DNA of 64,000 nucleotides, taken from NCBI GenBank assembly GCA_900617105.1, contig UYFQ01000005.1, positions 62,001-126,000 of the forward strand, read 5' to 3'. The notes below the pieces were generated by a model. That model ran no database searches and was not told where the DNA came from. It saw nothing but the letters and a program-made list of their open reading frames with translations. The stretch comes from Hydrurus foetidus. Taxonomy: Eukaryota. The translations under genes and the position numbers were made by a program. Positions 51,076 through 60,896 of the stretch are shown piece after piece. Position 1 is the first letter of the stretch. Every line of letters starts with the position of its first letter.

Positions 51076-52158
51076 ATGTCCCAACCTTTTCAAATCGCTG
51101 TGATCGCCGGAGACGGCATTGGCCAGGAAGTCATGCCTGAAGGCCTGCGGGTGCTGCAAGCCGCCGCCCGGCGCTTCGACATCCCTTTGCAGCTCAACCA
51201 TTTCGAGTGGGCCAACTGCGACTACTACGCCAAAACCGGCCAGATGATGCCGGACGACTGGAAGACCCAGTTGGCGGATCAAGACGCGATTTTCTTTGGC
51301 GCTGTGGGCTGGCCCGCCACCGTGCCTGACCATATTTCGCTGTGGGGTTCGCTGCTGAAATTCCGCCGCGAGTTTGACCAGTACATCAACCTTCGGCCCG
51401 TGCGTTTGTTTGAGGGCGTGCCTTGCCCGCTGGCAGGACGCAAACCCGGCGACATTGATTTCTTTGTGGTGCGCGAGAACACCGAGGGCGAGTACACCAA
51501 CCTGGGCGGCATCATGTATGCAGGCACCGACCGGGAAATTGTGATCCAGGAATCGGTCTACTCACGCCACGGCACCGACCGGGTGCTGAAGTTTGCGTTT
51601 GAGCTGGCCAAGAGCCGCCCACGCCACCATTTGACCGTCGCCACCAAATCCAACGGTATCGCCATCAGCATGCCCTGGTGGGACGGCCGGGCTGATGCCG
51701 TGGCGCAGGGCTACCCAGAAATCACCGTGGACAAGCAGCACATTGACATCCTCAGCGCACGCTTTGTGCTGCAACCGAACCGCTTTGATGTGGTGGTGGC
51801 ATCCAACCTGTTTGGCGATATCTTGTCAGACTTGGGGCCTGCATGTACCGGCACGATCGGGCTGGCCCCCTCGGCCAATTTGAACCCTGAGCGCCACTTC
51901 CCTTCATTGTTTGAGCCGGTACATGGCTCCGCGCCGGATATTTTTGGCAAAAACATCGCCAACCCGGTGGCCATGATTTGGTCGGGCGCGCTGATGCTGG
52001 ATTTCCTAGGCCACAGCACCGGCCCTTGCCGTGCGGCACACGACGCTATCGTTAAAGCCATTGAGAAAGTGCTGGTGGAAGGCCCGCGTACCGGGGATCT
52101 GGGTGGCCAAGCGTCCACCACGGAGATGGGGCAAGCGATTGCAGCCTGTCTGACTTGA
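51076..52158 (+). CDS. Tartrate dehydrogenase / D-malate dehydrogenase
   Basis: GDGIG.EV, TKSNG, SNLFGDILSD, FEPVHGSAPDI. Confidence 0.92.
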   Translation: MSQPFQIAVIAGDGIGQEVMPEGLRVLQAAARRFDIPLQLNHFEWANCDYYAKTGQMMPDDWKTQLADQDAIFFGAVGWPATVPDHISLWGSLLKFRREFDQYINLRPVRLFEGVPCPLAGRKPGDIDFFVVRENTEGEYTNLGGIMYAGTDREIVIQESVYSRHGTDRVLKFAFELAKSRPRHHLTVATKSNGIAISMPWWDGRADAVAQGYPEITVDKQHIDILSARFVLQPNRFDVVVASNLFGDILSDLGPACTGTIGLAPSANLNPERHFPSLFEPVHGSAPDIFGKNIANPVAMIWSGALMLDFLGHSTGPCRAAHDAIVKAIEKVLVEGPRTGDLGGQASTTEMGQAIAACLT

Positions 52159-52386
52159 AGCAAGCCGCTACACCCCCTGCAACGCAATCGCATAGCCCGC
52201 CGAGACGGACTGGCGCAAGTGATAGGGGTGTTTATGCTGAAGGGGTAAAGGCGTAGGCGCCGGATTCAGTTCGTTTATTGCGAACTGAATCACAAAAACA
52301 CAACCTGCGCATCCCCAAAATGGGGGATGCGCAATTTTCGGATGCTGGGTATTCTGTGAAAACACCCCTTCACGGAGACCACAGTC

Positions 52387-53541
52387 ATGCCCAAACTCCT
52401 TTCGACCCACTTCACACAGGAAGAACTCGTCATCAGCCAAGAAGCTGCACGACGCGAAATTGACAACCAGCCGCCTGGGGACATCGTGCTCAAATCTATC
52501 TGGGCGGGCGTCGTGCTGTTGGTCCTGAGCGCCTGCGCCAATCTGAACCCTGGTAAGGTTGAAATCAACCCACCGTCCATCCACCGCAGCGCAGACAAAG
52601 CGGAGTCGCCCACCACGGGCACACCAACAACCGTGGTGACAAATGCAGCCCAGGCACAGGCCATACCGGTTGATGACTATTACTCGGCTTTGACCTTGGC
52701 ACACAAAAGCCCAAAAGACCCCGCAGCAGTTGCCGACTATGTTGCAGCGGGCGTAACGCTGGTCAATTCCCATTGTTTGCGGTGGTTTCAATATTTGAGC
52801 GAGCAAGACTTACGCAAAAGCTTTGCCGATGAGAATAACAACATCATCCGCGCTTTGGGTACTGCCTTTTTAGGCGTTGGGCATGCCAGCGCCGCCATCG
52901 TGACAACCTATGGCGCATCAAACACAGCGTTTGAAGGCTACTCCAAGAATTTTGGAAACTCCTTCCTGCTGGCCCCCACTTCACGCAAGGTGAAAGCACA
53001 GGTGATGAGCTTGCTTGACAACCGCGCAGCTGAGCTTTTAGACAAGCACCTCACGGAACTCGATCCAGCAAAGAGAGGCACGATTGATAAAACCCCACAA
53101 ACATTCACTGAGGCATACCGTCAGCTTGAGCGTTTTGCCGATCTTTGCACCCACTCCACAGCCAAAGAAATAGTCAATAGCGCACTGGATCAGTCCGAAG
53201 CAAAAGCAACGCCCGATGGAAAAATCACCTTGACCCCTACTGATACAGCACTCAAAGCAGCGAGTACTACGCTGTCTACCGAGAAAGCTAAAGTTGATGA
53301 GGATAAGAAGTCGCTTGATGCTGCAAATGCAAAAGTGCAAGAGGCCGTCGCGTCAGCTCAAAAGCAAAGCCAAACGCTGCTGGACAGTCTCAAGACTGCT
53401 CTGGAATCAATGGCAAAGCAAGCTGCAGATATCAGTCGATTCAACGCCTCAGCCGCTGCGCTGAACGCGCAAAACGTCACGTTGCAAGACCGACTGAATG
53501 CCGCTGAAGCAGAGCTAAAAAAATTACAAGAAAGCAAGTAG
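52387..53541 (+). CDS. Hypothetical lipoprotein with C-terminal coiled coil
   Basis: Lipobox LSAC (real start may be GTG 52486); Ala/Lys/Gln-rich helical tail. Confidence 0.65.
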   Translation: MPKLLSTHFTQEELVISQEAARREIDNQPPGDIVLKSIWAGVVLLVLSACANLNPGKVEINPPSIHRSADKAESPTTGTPTTVVTNAAQAQAIPVDDYYSALTLAHKSPKDPAAVADYVAAGVTLVNSHCLRWFQYLSEQDLRKSFADENNNIIRALGTAFLGVGHASAAIVTTYGASNTAFEGYSKNFGNSFLLAPTSRKVKAQVMSLLDNRAAELLDKHLTELDPAKRGTIDKTPQTFTEAYRQLERFADLCTHSTAKEIVNSALDQSEAKATPDGKITLTPTDTALKAASTTLSTEKAKVDEDKKSLDAANAKVQEAVASAQKQSQTLLDSLKTALESMAKQAADISRFNASAAALNAQNVTLQDRLNAAEAELKKLQESK

Positions 53542-53555
53542 CCTCCACTCCAAAC

Positions 53556-53960
53556 TCACACGCCCTGGTTGCGCATCCAATCCGCCGTCTTGAAAAACGA
53601 TTCCCGCAGCCGCGCGCGCAAGGTTTCATCCACGCCCACATCGCCCATCGCTTGGTCCATGCAGGCGAGCCACTGGTCACGCTCCAGGATGCCGATTTTG
53701 AAGGGCATGTGGCGGGCACGCAGTTGCGGGTGGCCGAAGCGTTCGGTGTAGTGCTGGGGGCCACCCAGCCAGCCGCAGAGGAACCAAAACAGGCGTTGAC
53801 GGCCGTTTTCCAGCGTGGTGCCGTGGGCGGCACGCAGGGCGGTGTAGCCGGATTCCAAATCCATCAGGTCGTAAAAGCGCTCGACCAAGGCTTTGATTTG
53901 AGGCTCGCCGCCTATCCACTCAAAGGGGGAGCTGAAGGTGGGTTTTTCTTGGATATTCAT
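53556..53960 (-). CDS. Group II truncated hemoglobin
   Basis: IGG...LVERFY, WLGGP..Y...GHPQLRARH. Confidence 0.92.
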   Translation of the reverse strand: MNIQEKPTFSSPFEWIGGEPQIKALVERFYDLMDLESGYTALRAAHGTTLENGRQRLFWFLCGWLGGPQHYTERFGHPQLRARHMPFKIGILERDQWLACMDQAMGDVGVDETLRARLRESFFKTADWMRNQGV

Positions 53961-54051
53961 CGTTTTCCGGTCTTAAATCATGAACAAAATGGGCTTTATC
54001 GCTTATCAGATATGCGGTAACAGCTATCAAATATAGAGCAACCGTCACCCA

Positions 54052-56601
54052 TCAGGCCACAGCACTGCGCAGCGTCTCCACCACGGGGCGGCGCAGCACC
54101 TCACGCAGACTCCACCAGCCCGCGCCCAGCGCCAGCGCGGCACCGGCCAGCGCACCGCCCAGTGGTACCCAGGGGGAAGCTGTCCAGGCGAACTCGAACA
54201 CGTAGCGTGCCAAGGCCCAGCCCACGCCCACCCCGGCTGTGGACGCCAAAGTGCCCGCCAGCAAACCCACCCCGGCCAGCTCAGCCCGCTGCACTTGGCG
54301 CAGCAAGCGGCTGGGTGCGCCCAAGGCCCGCATGATGGCGAATTCGCGGGCGCGTTCATCCCGTGTGGCGCTGACGGCAGCCACCAGCACCACCAAACCG
54401 GCGGCCAGCGCGAAGCCAAATAAAAACTCCACGGCGCGTATCACTTGATCGAGCACGCGCTGGACTTGGGCAATGGTGCTGCTCATGTCCACGTTGGTGA
54501 TGTTGGGGAATTGGCGCACCAGTTGGTTGTCGAAGCCCTTCAACTCAGGGGCGCGAAAGGCCGTCATGTAGGTAGCAGGCACGTCGGCGAGCTGGCTGAC
54601 GGGGTACATCACAAAGAAATTGGCCCGCATGGAACCCCAGTCAACCTTGCGCAGGCTGGTGATTTTGGCCTCGGTCTGCACGCCGCCCATGTCAAAACGC
54701 AGGCTGTCACCCAGCTTCAGGTTCAGGGTTTTGACGATGCCCTCTTCCACGCTCAAAGCGTCTTTTTGCTCCGCCACCCACTGGCCAGCCACCAGCAGGT
54801 TGTGGGCGGGCAAGTCAGCGCTGTGCGAGACGTTGAACTCGCGATCAACCAGACGTTTGGCGCGCTCATCGGTGAAGCCCTCGGGTGTGGTTGCTACGCC
54901 ATTGATAGCAATCAAACGCCCACGGATCATCGGATACCAGTCATAGCGTGGCACACCTGCGTCTTTGAGCGAACGCTGGAACGCCGCACCCTGCTCGGGC
55001 ATGATGTTGATGACGAAGCGGTTGGGTGCGTCCGGCGGCGTGGCTTTGCGCCAACTGCTGACCAGGTCGGTGCGCAGCAACACCAGCAGCACCAGCGCCA
55101 GCAAACCCACCGCCAGCGCACTGGTCTGCACCACGGTGTAGGCCGGGCGGGCCGACACTTGGCGGGTAGCGAGCACCAACCAACGCGGGGCCGTGTCTTC
55201 GTTCACCATGCGGCGTAGCGCCATGACGGCCAGCCAACTCAAGCCCGCAAACACCAGCACCGCCGCCGCAAAACCGCCTACAGCGATCAAACCCAGCGTG
55301 CGGTCTGCGCTGACGGCCAGCAGCAGCGCAGCAAAACCCGCCACACCGATGCCCAGCACCGCCATCGAGGCCGGTTTCAAACCACCCACATCCCGGCGAA
55401 TCACCCGCAGCGGTGGCACTTGGGCCAGTTGCAAGACCGGCGGCAAGCCGAACGCCAGCAGCAGCGTGAGGCCCACACCCAAGCCCAACAGCACCGGCCA
55501 GCCAGTCGCGGCAGGCAAGGCGGCATCGACCAACCCGGCCAGCAGCAGCACAAAACCATGATGCACGGCGTAACCGATCAGCACACCCAGGGCACTGGCC
55601 ATCAGGCCCACCAAGGCGAACTCCAGCGCGTAGCTGGCCGCGATGGTGCGTTGGCTCAGGCCCAACACCCGCAGCATGGCGCAGTTGTCCAGGTGCTTGG
55701 CGGCAAAGCTGCGGGCAGCCAGCGCAACGGCCACGGCGCTGAGCAAGGCGGACAGCAGGGCGACGAGGTTCAGGAATTTTTCAGCGCGGTCTAAGGTTTG
55801 GCGCATCTCGGGGCGGCCCGATTCCAGCGACTCAATGCGCACACCGCGCAAGGAGGACGCCGCTTCGCTTTGCGAGGCTTTGATCGCGGCTTGCGCCCAA
55901 GTGACAAAATTGTTAACCGCAGCGGTGTCACCTGGTTTGGCCGCCACCGCAAGCCGGTAGCTGATGCGGCTGGCAGGCTGGACCAACTGGGTGGCGGCCA
56001 TGTCACTTTGGTTCACCATCACACGCGGGGCAAAGCTCATGAAGCCAGCGCCTCTGTCCGGCTCCACCACGATGATGCGGGTGATGCGCAATGCGGCATC
56101 GCCGAGCAACAGGGTGTCACCCATTTTGAGCCCCAAAGTCTCCAGCAGCGGCGCATCGACCCAGGCTTGACCGGGGGTGGGCACATCGCGGGTGGCCTGG
56201 TCTGGGGCATCGGGTTGTGCGGTGGTACGCAAGCTGCCACGCAAGGGGTAGCCCGTGGTGACTGCTTTTAGCGCTACCAATTTCGCAGCACCACCTTGCG
56301 CTTCGGTAGCACGGGCCATCGTCGGGAAGCTTAAATTGGCGGTGGTTTGCAAGCCCAAAGCCAGCGCTTTGTCGATAAAGGCTTGTGGCGTAGGCTGGTC
56401 GCTGGACACCACTGCATCGCCCCCCAGCAGCTGGCGGGCATCGCGCTGCAAGCCGTTTTTAAGCCTGTCGGCAAAGAAGCCCACCGCCGTGAGTGCGGCC
56501 ACGGCCAAAGTCACGGCGACGATCAGCAGGCGCAAATCCCCAGCACGTAAATCGCGCCATAGAGTACGCCAGCCCAGGCGAATGAAAGGAGGAAGGGACA
56601 T
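54052..56601 (-). CDS. ABC transporter permease (YbbP-like)
   Basis: RDLRAG.L, LLGGD, GYPLRG, RKVDWGSMRANFF; start at MSLPP. Confidence 0.9.
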   Translation of the reverse strand: MSLPPFIRLGWRTLWRDLRAGDLRLLIVAVTLAVAALTAVGFFADRLKNGLQRDARQLLGGDAVVSSDQPTPQAFIDKALALGLQTTANLSFPTMARATEAQGGAAKLVALKAVTTGYPLRGSLRTTAQPDAPDQATRDVPTPGQAWVDAPLLETLGLKMGDTLLLGDAALRITRIIVVEPDRGAGFMSFAPRVMVNQSDMAATQLVQPASRISYRLAVAAKPGDTAAVNNFVTWAQAAIKASQSEAASSLRGVRIESLESGRPEMRQTLDRAEKFLNLVALLSALLSAVAVALAARSFAAKHLDNCAMLRVLGLSQRTIAASYALEFALVGLMASALGVLIGYAVHHGFVLLLAGLVDAALPAATGWPVLLGLGVGLTLLLAFGLPPVLQLAQVPPLRVIRRDVGGLKPASMAVLGIGVAGFAALLLAVSADRTLGLIAVGGFAAAVLVFAGLSWLAVMALRRMVNEDTAPRWLVLATRQVSARPAYTVVQTSALAVGLLALVLLVLLRTDLVSSWRKATPPDAPNRFVINIMPEQGAAFQRSLKDAGVPRYDWYPMIRGRLIAINGVATTPEGFTDERAKRLVDREFNVSHSADLPAHNLLVAGQWVAEQKDALSVEEGIVKTLNLKLGDSLRFDMGGVQTEAKITSLRKVDWGSMRANFFVMYPVSQLADVPATYMTAFRAPELKGFDNQLVRQFPNITNVDMSSTIAQVQRVLDQVIRAVEFLFGFALAAGLVVLVAAVSATRDERAREFAIMRALGAPSRLLRQVQRAELAGVGLLAGTLASTAGVGVGWALARYVFEFAWTASPWVPLGGALAGAALALGAGWWSLREVLRRPVVETLRSAVA

Positions 56602-56784
56602 CAGATAAGCCTCGTTAAGCCCTCCATTATTCATGGGCGGGCTCGTTTGCATCTTGAACGGGCGCTGGCATAGCGCTTGCATTTCAGTGGCGATGAGCCA
56701 AGGTATTTGATTTTGGTGACAATCTCTGTCGCAACCGGTATCTTTACCACTGACATACACGCTCCGCTCTACCCTCTGCGTTAC

Positions 56785-58368
56785 ATGACCGTTCTTCAAA
56801 AAATACTGACGATGAAGCGCTGGCAGCTGGGGCTGTTGGGTGTCTTCATGTCCGTGCTGCTCGCAGAAATCGGTGTGTGCATCATGGCTTGGTTGCACTT
56901 TGGGTATGTTCCCGCCCATTACCTGATAACCGGTTTGGTGACGACCATCATGGTAACCATCGTGATGTTGGGTATCGTGAACCATGTGTTGCAAGCGCTG
57001 GCCAATTCGCACCTGCAACAGCAGCTCCAGTTGCAAAACGACCAGTTGGCCTACTACGACCCACTGACGGGTTTACCCAACCGCAAACTGATGGCCGAAC
57101 GCTTGAAACTGGCACGCACCACCAGCCACCACAGCCAGCAGCATGGTGCAGTGGTGTTCATTGACCTCGATCACTTCAAAACCATCAACGACACCCGAGG
57201 CCATGAGCTGGGGGATCAGCTGCTGCAAAGGGTGGCGGCACGGCTGACCAACGGCCTGAGCCCACAAGACACCCTGGCGCGCCTGGGCGGGGACGAGTTC
57301 GTCATCGTGCTGGAAGGCTTAAGCGAACTCGCAGACACCGCAGCCACCCAAGCGCAGCAGCTGTGTGAAACCCTGTTGACGGCGCTGCACCAGCCCTACC
57401 GCCTGGGAGCCAACATTTACCGCTGCAGCGCCAGCCTGGGGCTGACCTTGTTCCTCGGCCATGTGGACACCGATGAAGAGCTGCTCACACGCGCCGACAT
57501 TGCCATGTACCAAGCCAAAGCGGCGGGGCGCAACACCTTGCGGTTTTTTGCGCCTGAAATGCAAGCGCAGATCGTGCATCAAGCGGCGCTGGAAGCAGAT
57601 TTGCGCAACGCGCTGGCGCAGCAGCAGTTCGAGTGCTACTTCCAAGTACAAACCGAGCACAGCCAAGACATCATTGGGGCCGAGGTGCTGCTGCGCTGGA
57701 ACCACCCCACGTGCGGCCTGATCTTGCCGGAAACCTTTGTGCCGCTGGCCGAAAAAATCGGATTGATCGTGCCCATCGGGCAGTGGGTGCTGGAAGCGGC
57801 CTGCGCCCAACTGCAAGCCTGGGGCACAGGCGATCAAGCTGCTTTAACTGGGGTACTGCAACTGGCCGTGAACGTGAGTGCCCGCCAGTTTCACCAACCC
57901 GATTTTGTAGAGCAGGTCATGGGCACTTTGCAGCGCTTTGGCGTCAACCCCAACCACTTGAAACTGGAGTTGACCGAAAGCCTGGTGCTGGAAGACATGG
58001 CCGACACCGTGCAAAAAATGCAGCAGCTGCGCGATGCCGATGTGCGCTTTGCGATGGACGACTTTGGCACCGGCTACTCGTCGCTGGCCTACCTGACGCA
58101 GTTGCCCTTAGACCAATTGAAGATTGACCAGTCGTTCATCCACAACATCGGGGTCTCCAAGGGCGACGCGGTGATCGTGCAAACCATCATCAGCATGGCG
58201 CACAACCTGGGGCTGGAAGTGATTGCCGAAGGGGTAGAGACCGAAGCGCAGCGGGTGTTCCTAGAGGCCAACGGCTGCGAGATTTTCCAAGGCTACTTGG
58301 TGGGTCGCCCGGTCACGGTGACGGAATTTGAAGCGCTGGTGCAGCGCTTGCCAAGCTCGGTTGTCTGA
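56785..58368 (+). CDS. Membrane-anchored GGDEF-EAL protein
   Basis: 2 TM segments; DPLTGLPNR, GGDEF, EVLLRW, DDFGTGYSS. Confidence 0.93.
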   Translation: MTVLQKILTMKRWQLGLLGVFMSVLLAEIGVCIMAWLHFGYVPAHYLITGLVTTIMVTIVMLGIVNHVLQALANSHLQQQLQLQNDQLAYYDPLTGLPNRKLMAERLKLARTTSHHSQQHGAVVFIDLDHFKTINDTRGHELGDQLLQRVAARLTNGLSPQDTLARLGGDEFVIVLEGLSELADTAATQAQQLCETLLTALHQPYRLGANIYRCSASLGLTLFLGHVDTDEELLTRADIAMYQAKAAGRNTLRFFAPEMQAQIVHQAALEADLRNALAQQQFECYFQVQTEHSQDIIGAEVLLRWNHPTCGLILPETFVPLAEKIGLIVPIGQWVLEAACAQLQAWGTGDQAALTGVLQLAVNVSARQFHQPDFVEQVMGTLQRFGVNPNHLKLELTESLVLEDMADTVQKMQQLRDADVRFAMDDFGTGYSSLAYLTQLPLDQLKIDQSFIHNIGVSKGDAVIVQTIISMAHNLGLEVIAEGVETEAQRVFLEANGCEIFQGYLVGRPVTVTEFEALVQRLPSSVV

Positions 58369-59272
58369 GCAAACGCTCAGTAGCGCTGTAGCACAGGAAA
58401 TGCCGGTTTGTTGCCCGGCCCACCGCACACAAGCCCAACGCCTGCGCCACCTGAAACCCCATCTGCGTGATGCCACTGCGCGACACCACTAGCGGCACAC
58501 CCATCTGCGCCGATTTGATGACCATCTCGCTGGTCAAACGACCCGTGGTGTAAAACAGCTTGTCCGCCCCACTGCGCTGGGATTCCTCTTGCATCCACAG
58601 CCACCCGGCGATGGTGTCGATGGCGTTGTGGCGGCCCACGTCTTCCACGAACATCAGCATCTCAGGGGTCTCTTTGGCTTGCGCCATCGCCACACCACCC
58701 ACCGCAAAGAGCGCACAGGCGTGGACGGAACCGGCTGATTTGTAGGTGCTTTCTTTCAACCGGATGGTGTTGACCACGCTGTAAAGCTGCGCTTGGGTGA
58801 TCTGCGCATCACTGAGTGCGGGTAATTGCACGGCATCAATCTCGTCCAGCAACTCACCAAAAATACTGCCTTGACCACAGCCTGTGGTCACCACCTTTTT
58901 AGCGGTACGCGCTTCGATCTCCGCAATGCCTGAGCGGGTTTTGACAGCCGCAACGCCAGAGCCTTCCATCAGCCCTTCGCCCACATCCCAATCCACAGTG
59001 ATGGACTCGATCTCATCCACAGAACGCACCAGCCGCTGGTTGCGCAAATAGCCCAACACCAGCAACTCAGGCTGCGCCCCGAGCGTCATCAGCGTGACGA
59101 GTTCACGCTTGTCCACGTAAACCGTCAACGCCCGCTCAGCAGGAATAGAAATGCTGCGCGTCTCGCCAAACTCATCAATGGCCGCAATGGTTTGCGTCAG
59201 TGCGGCGCGGGCCTGCGTGAGATGGGGAATAAGACGGGGGGCAAGGTGAGGAGTAAGAGGCGGCAAACTCAT
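58313..59272 (-). CDS. fdhD: Formate dehydrogenase accessory sulfurtransferase
   Basis: TTGCGQG, GSVHAC, EDVGRHNAID, TTGRLTSEMV. Confidence 0.92.
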   Translation of the reverse strand: MSLPPLTPHLAPRLIPHLTQARAALTQTIAAIDEFGETRSISIPAERALTVYVDKRELVTLMTLGAQPELLVLGYLRNQRLVRSVDEIESITVDWDVGEGLMEGSGVAAVKTRSGIAEIEARTAKKVVTTGCGQGSIFGELLDEIDAVQLPALSDAQITQAQLYSVVNTIRLKESTYKSAGSVHACALFAVGGVAMAQAKETPEMLMFVEDVGRHNAIDTIAGWLWMQEESQRSGADKLFYTTGRLTSEMVIKSAQMGVPLVVSRSGITQMGFQVAQALGLCAVGRATNRHFLCYSATERLLRQPSLASAAPALQIPSP

Positions 59273-59787
59273 GCCTCATTCAGCAAAGCCACTGCCTGCA
59301 AACTGGCTACCGTCTGCCAGCACGCCCGTGCTGCCTCAGTGCCTTTTTTGACAAAGTGGGCAGTAAAAAACTGCACATGGTCATCGCTTTCTTGGAAGTC
59401 CTTGGGCGTAAGTACGACCGAGAACACCGGCACTTCCGTGTCCAACTGCACCCGCATCAGGCCGTCGATCACAGCGGCGGTGACGAATTCGTGCCGGTAA
59501 ATGCCACCGTCCACCACCAGCCCACAGGCAATGATCGCGTCATAGCGCTTGGTTTTCGCCAATTTTTGAGCATGCAACGGAATTTCAAGCGCACCGGGCA
59601 CGGCCAGCAAATCAATCTGGTCACTGGGCCAACCTTGGCAGGCCAGCTCAGCAATGCAAGCATCCCGCGCTTGCTGAACGATATCGGTATGCCACGAGGC
59701 CGAGACGATGGCGATGCGGCTGCTCAGCGTGATGCGAGGCTTGGAAACGGAAATGGAAATGGCGGCGGAGCTGGAAGACGGGTTCAT
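59269..59787 (-). CDS. ribH: Lumazine synthase (RibH2-type)
   Basis: ASWHTDIV, VPGALEIP, GGIYRHEFV. Confidence 0.9.
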   Translation of the reverse strand: MNPSSSSAAISISVSKPRITLSSRIAIVSASWHTDIVQQARDACIAELACQGWPSDQIDLLAVPGALEIPLHAQKLAKTKRYDAIIACGLVVDGGIYRHEFVTAAVIDGLMRVQLDTEVPVFSVVLTPKDFQESDDHVQFFTAHFVKKGTEAARACWQTVASLQAVALLNEA

Positions 59788-59864
59788 GGATTACCTGAAT
59801 GTTGCATCCCTTGGGATTATCCACGTCACCGCCGCGAGCCGCTTGCACGGGTCAATTGCGCAGG

Positions 59865-60248
59865 TCATGAATGCAGCTGTGGCGCATAGGCTTTGCCTAA
59901 TCCCACAGCCAGCGTGTGCAGGCGCTGATCCAAAGTCCACAGCACAGTCTCTGGCGTGATGCAGACGCAAGCCAGCAGCGAAAGATCAACCAGCCCACAG
60001 CCTCGCACATACAGCTTGTGGGCCTCAATGAACACCTCAACGTCCTCCAAGGTTGCCGTATGGCCCGAGGCAAGATCCTTGAGGAATTGCAATGTGGCAC
60101 TGCGCGGTGCAGGCGGCGTGCCACACGCTATTTCGCCCACAACCAACGGATGGCAAAGCACACGCCCCGCGTGCAACAAAGCGATCAAGCGCTCATCACC
60201 TTGCCGAAAATGGGCGCTCCAAACGGAGGTGTCTACCAGCACATTCAT
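59865..60248 (-). CDS. VapC/PIN toxin
   Basis: VLVDTSVW, GEIACG, WTLD. Confidence 0.88.
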   Translation of the reverse strand: MNVLVDTSVWSAHFRQGDERLIALLHAGRVLCHPLVVGEIACGTPPAPRSATLQFLKDLASGHTATLEDVEVFIEAHKLYVRGCGLVDLSLLACVCITPETVLWTLDQRLHTLAVGLGKAYAPQLHS

Positions 60249-60451
60249 GCTGCAATCGAGTCCTCGCGTCGCCGTGGGGTGTCCGCCATGTCAGGGGCCA
60301 TACCGCCCAGTGCAGCCAAGCGCTTAGCGCTTTGCAATTGCACAAACGCTTTCATCGCCATGCGGAAAATATCCGCTTTGTCGGTGCCTGGGTCAGCAAG
60401 AGACAGTGCCTTGTCGTACAACGGGTCTTCGATGGTGACAGTGGTTCGCAT
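60245..60451 (-). CDS. VapB-like antitoxin
   Basis: MRTTVTIED.L...RLAALGG; ATGA overlap with the toxin. Confidence 0.85.
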   Translation of the reverse strand: MRTTVTIEDPLYDKALSLADPGTDKADIFRMAMKAFVQLQSAKRLAALGGMAPDMADTPRRREDSIAA

Positions 60452-60554
60452 AATGGGCTTTCGATTCAATAGTGATGCTATTCTGAATCAAATTTAACAT
60501 CAATACAAGTTGAAATCCATGAGCCGCGACCCGTGCCTAGCCAAGCACAATGAA

Positions 60555-60640
60555 CGCGCACCGTTCACACTTGAGGCGGCTGAGGTGTTGGCTGAATTCA
60601 AACCTGCCGTTGTGAGCGTTCACTTTAGTTTACCTACCCC
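60555..60640 (+). pseudogene. Nitronate monooxygenase internal relic
   Basis: RAPF..EAAEVLAEFKPAVVSVHFSLP resembles the family motif PxVVSFHFGLP. Confidence 0.5.
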
Positions 60641-60653
60641 TGAGTTCCTGACT

Positions 60654-60857
60654 CTATTGACCACGGCTGCGGCGTATGGTCACCGATTCCCCCCCAATGC
60701 CCCAATTGTCTGTATCAATTTCATCAATGACAACGACAGTGGTCTTCGGGTTCTTGTTCAGCACATCGACCAGCAGTTGGGTAACACCTGCGATGAGCGT
60801 AGCCTTTTGTTCAGGCGTGACGCCTTCACGGGTGATTTTTATGTTCACGTAGGGCAT
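60654..60857 (-). CDS. 4-oxalocrotonate tautomerase family protein
   Basis: Pro-1 MPYVNI, EQK..LI.GVT, NWGIGG. Confidence 0.92.
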   Translation of the reverse strand: MPYVNIKITREGVTPEQKATLIAGVTQLLVDVLNKNPKTTVVVIDEIDTDNWGIGGESVTIRRSRGQ

Positions 60858-60896
60858 GGGTTTCTCGATGGTTGGGAAATGGTTAGGGTTGAATAA

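Noticed and set aside
52168..52280. Possible sirtuin (CobB) C-terminal relic (ELNPAPTPL) on the minus strand
   Set aside because: Similarity is too short to support without a search
56602..57036. N-terminal extension of the 994-aa ABC permease ORF
   Set aside because: It overlaps the GGDEF-EAL gene on the other strand; family-like sequence starts at 56601
58313..58368. 56-bp tail-to-tail overlap of fdhD and the GGDEF-EAL gene
   Set aside because: Short convergent overlaps are common; probably stop-codon drift
59788..59864. FMN riboswitch upstream of ribH
   Set aside because: Only 77 bp of intergenic space and no RFN conserved motifs seen
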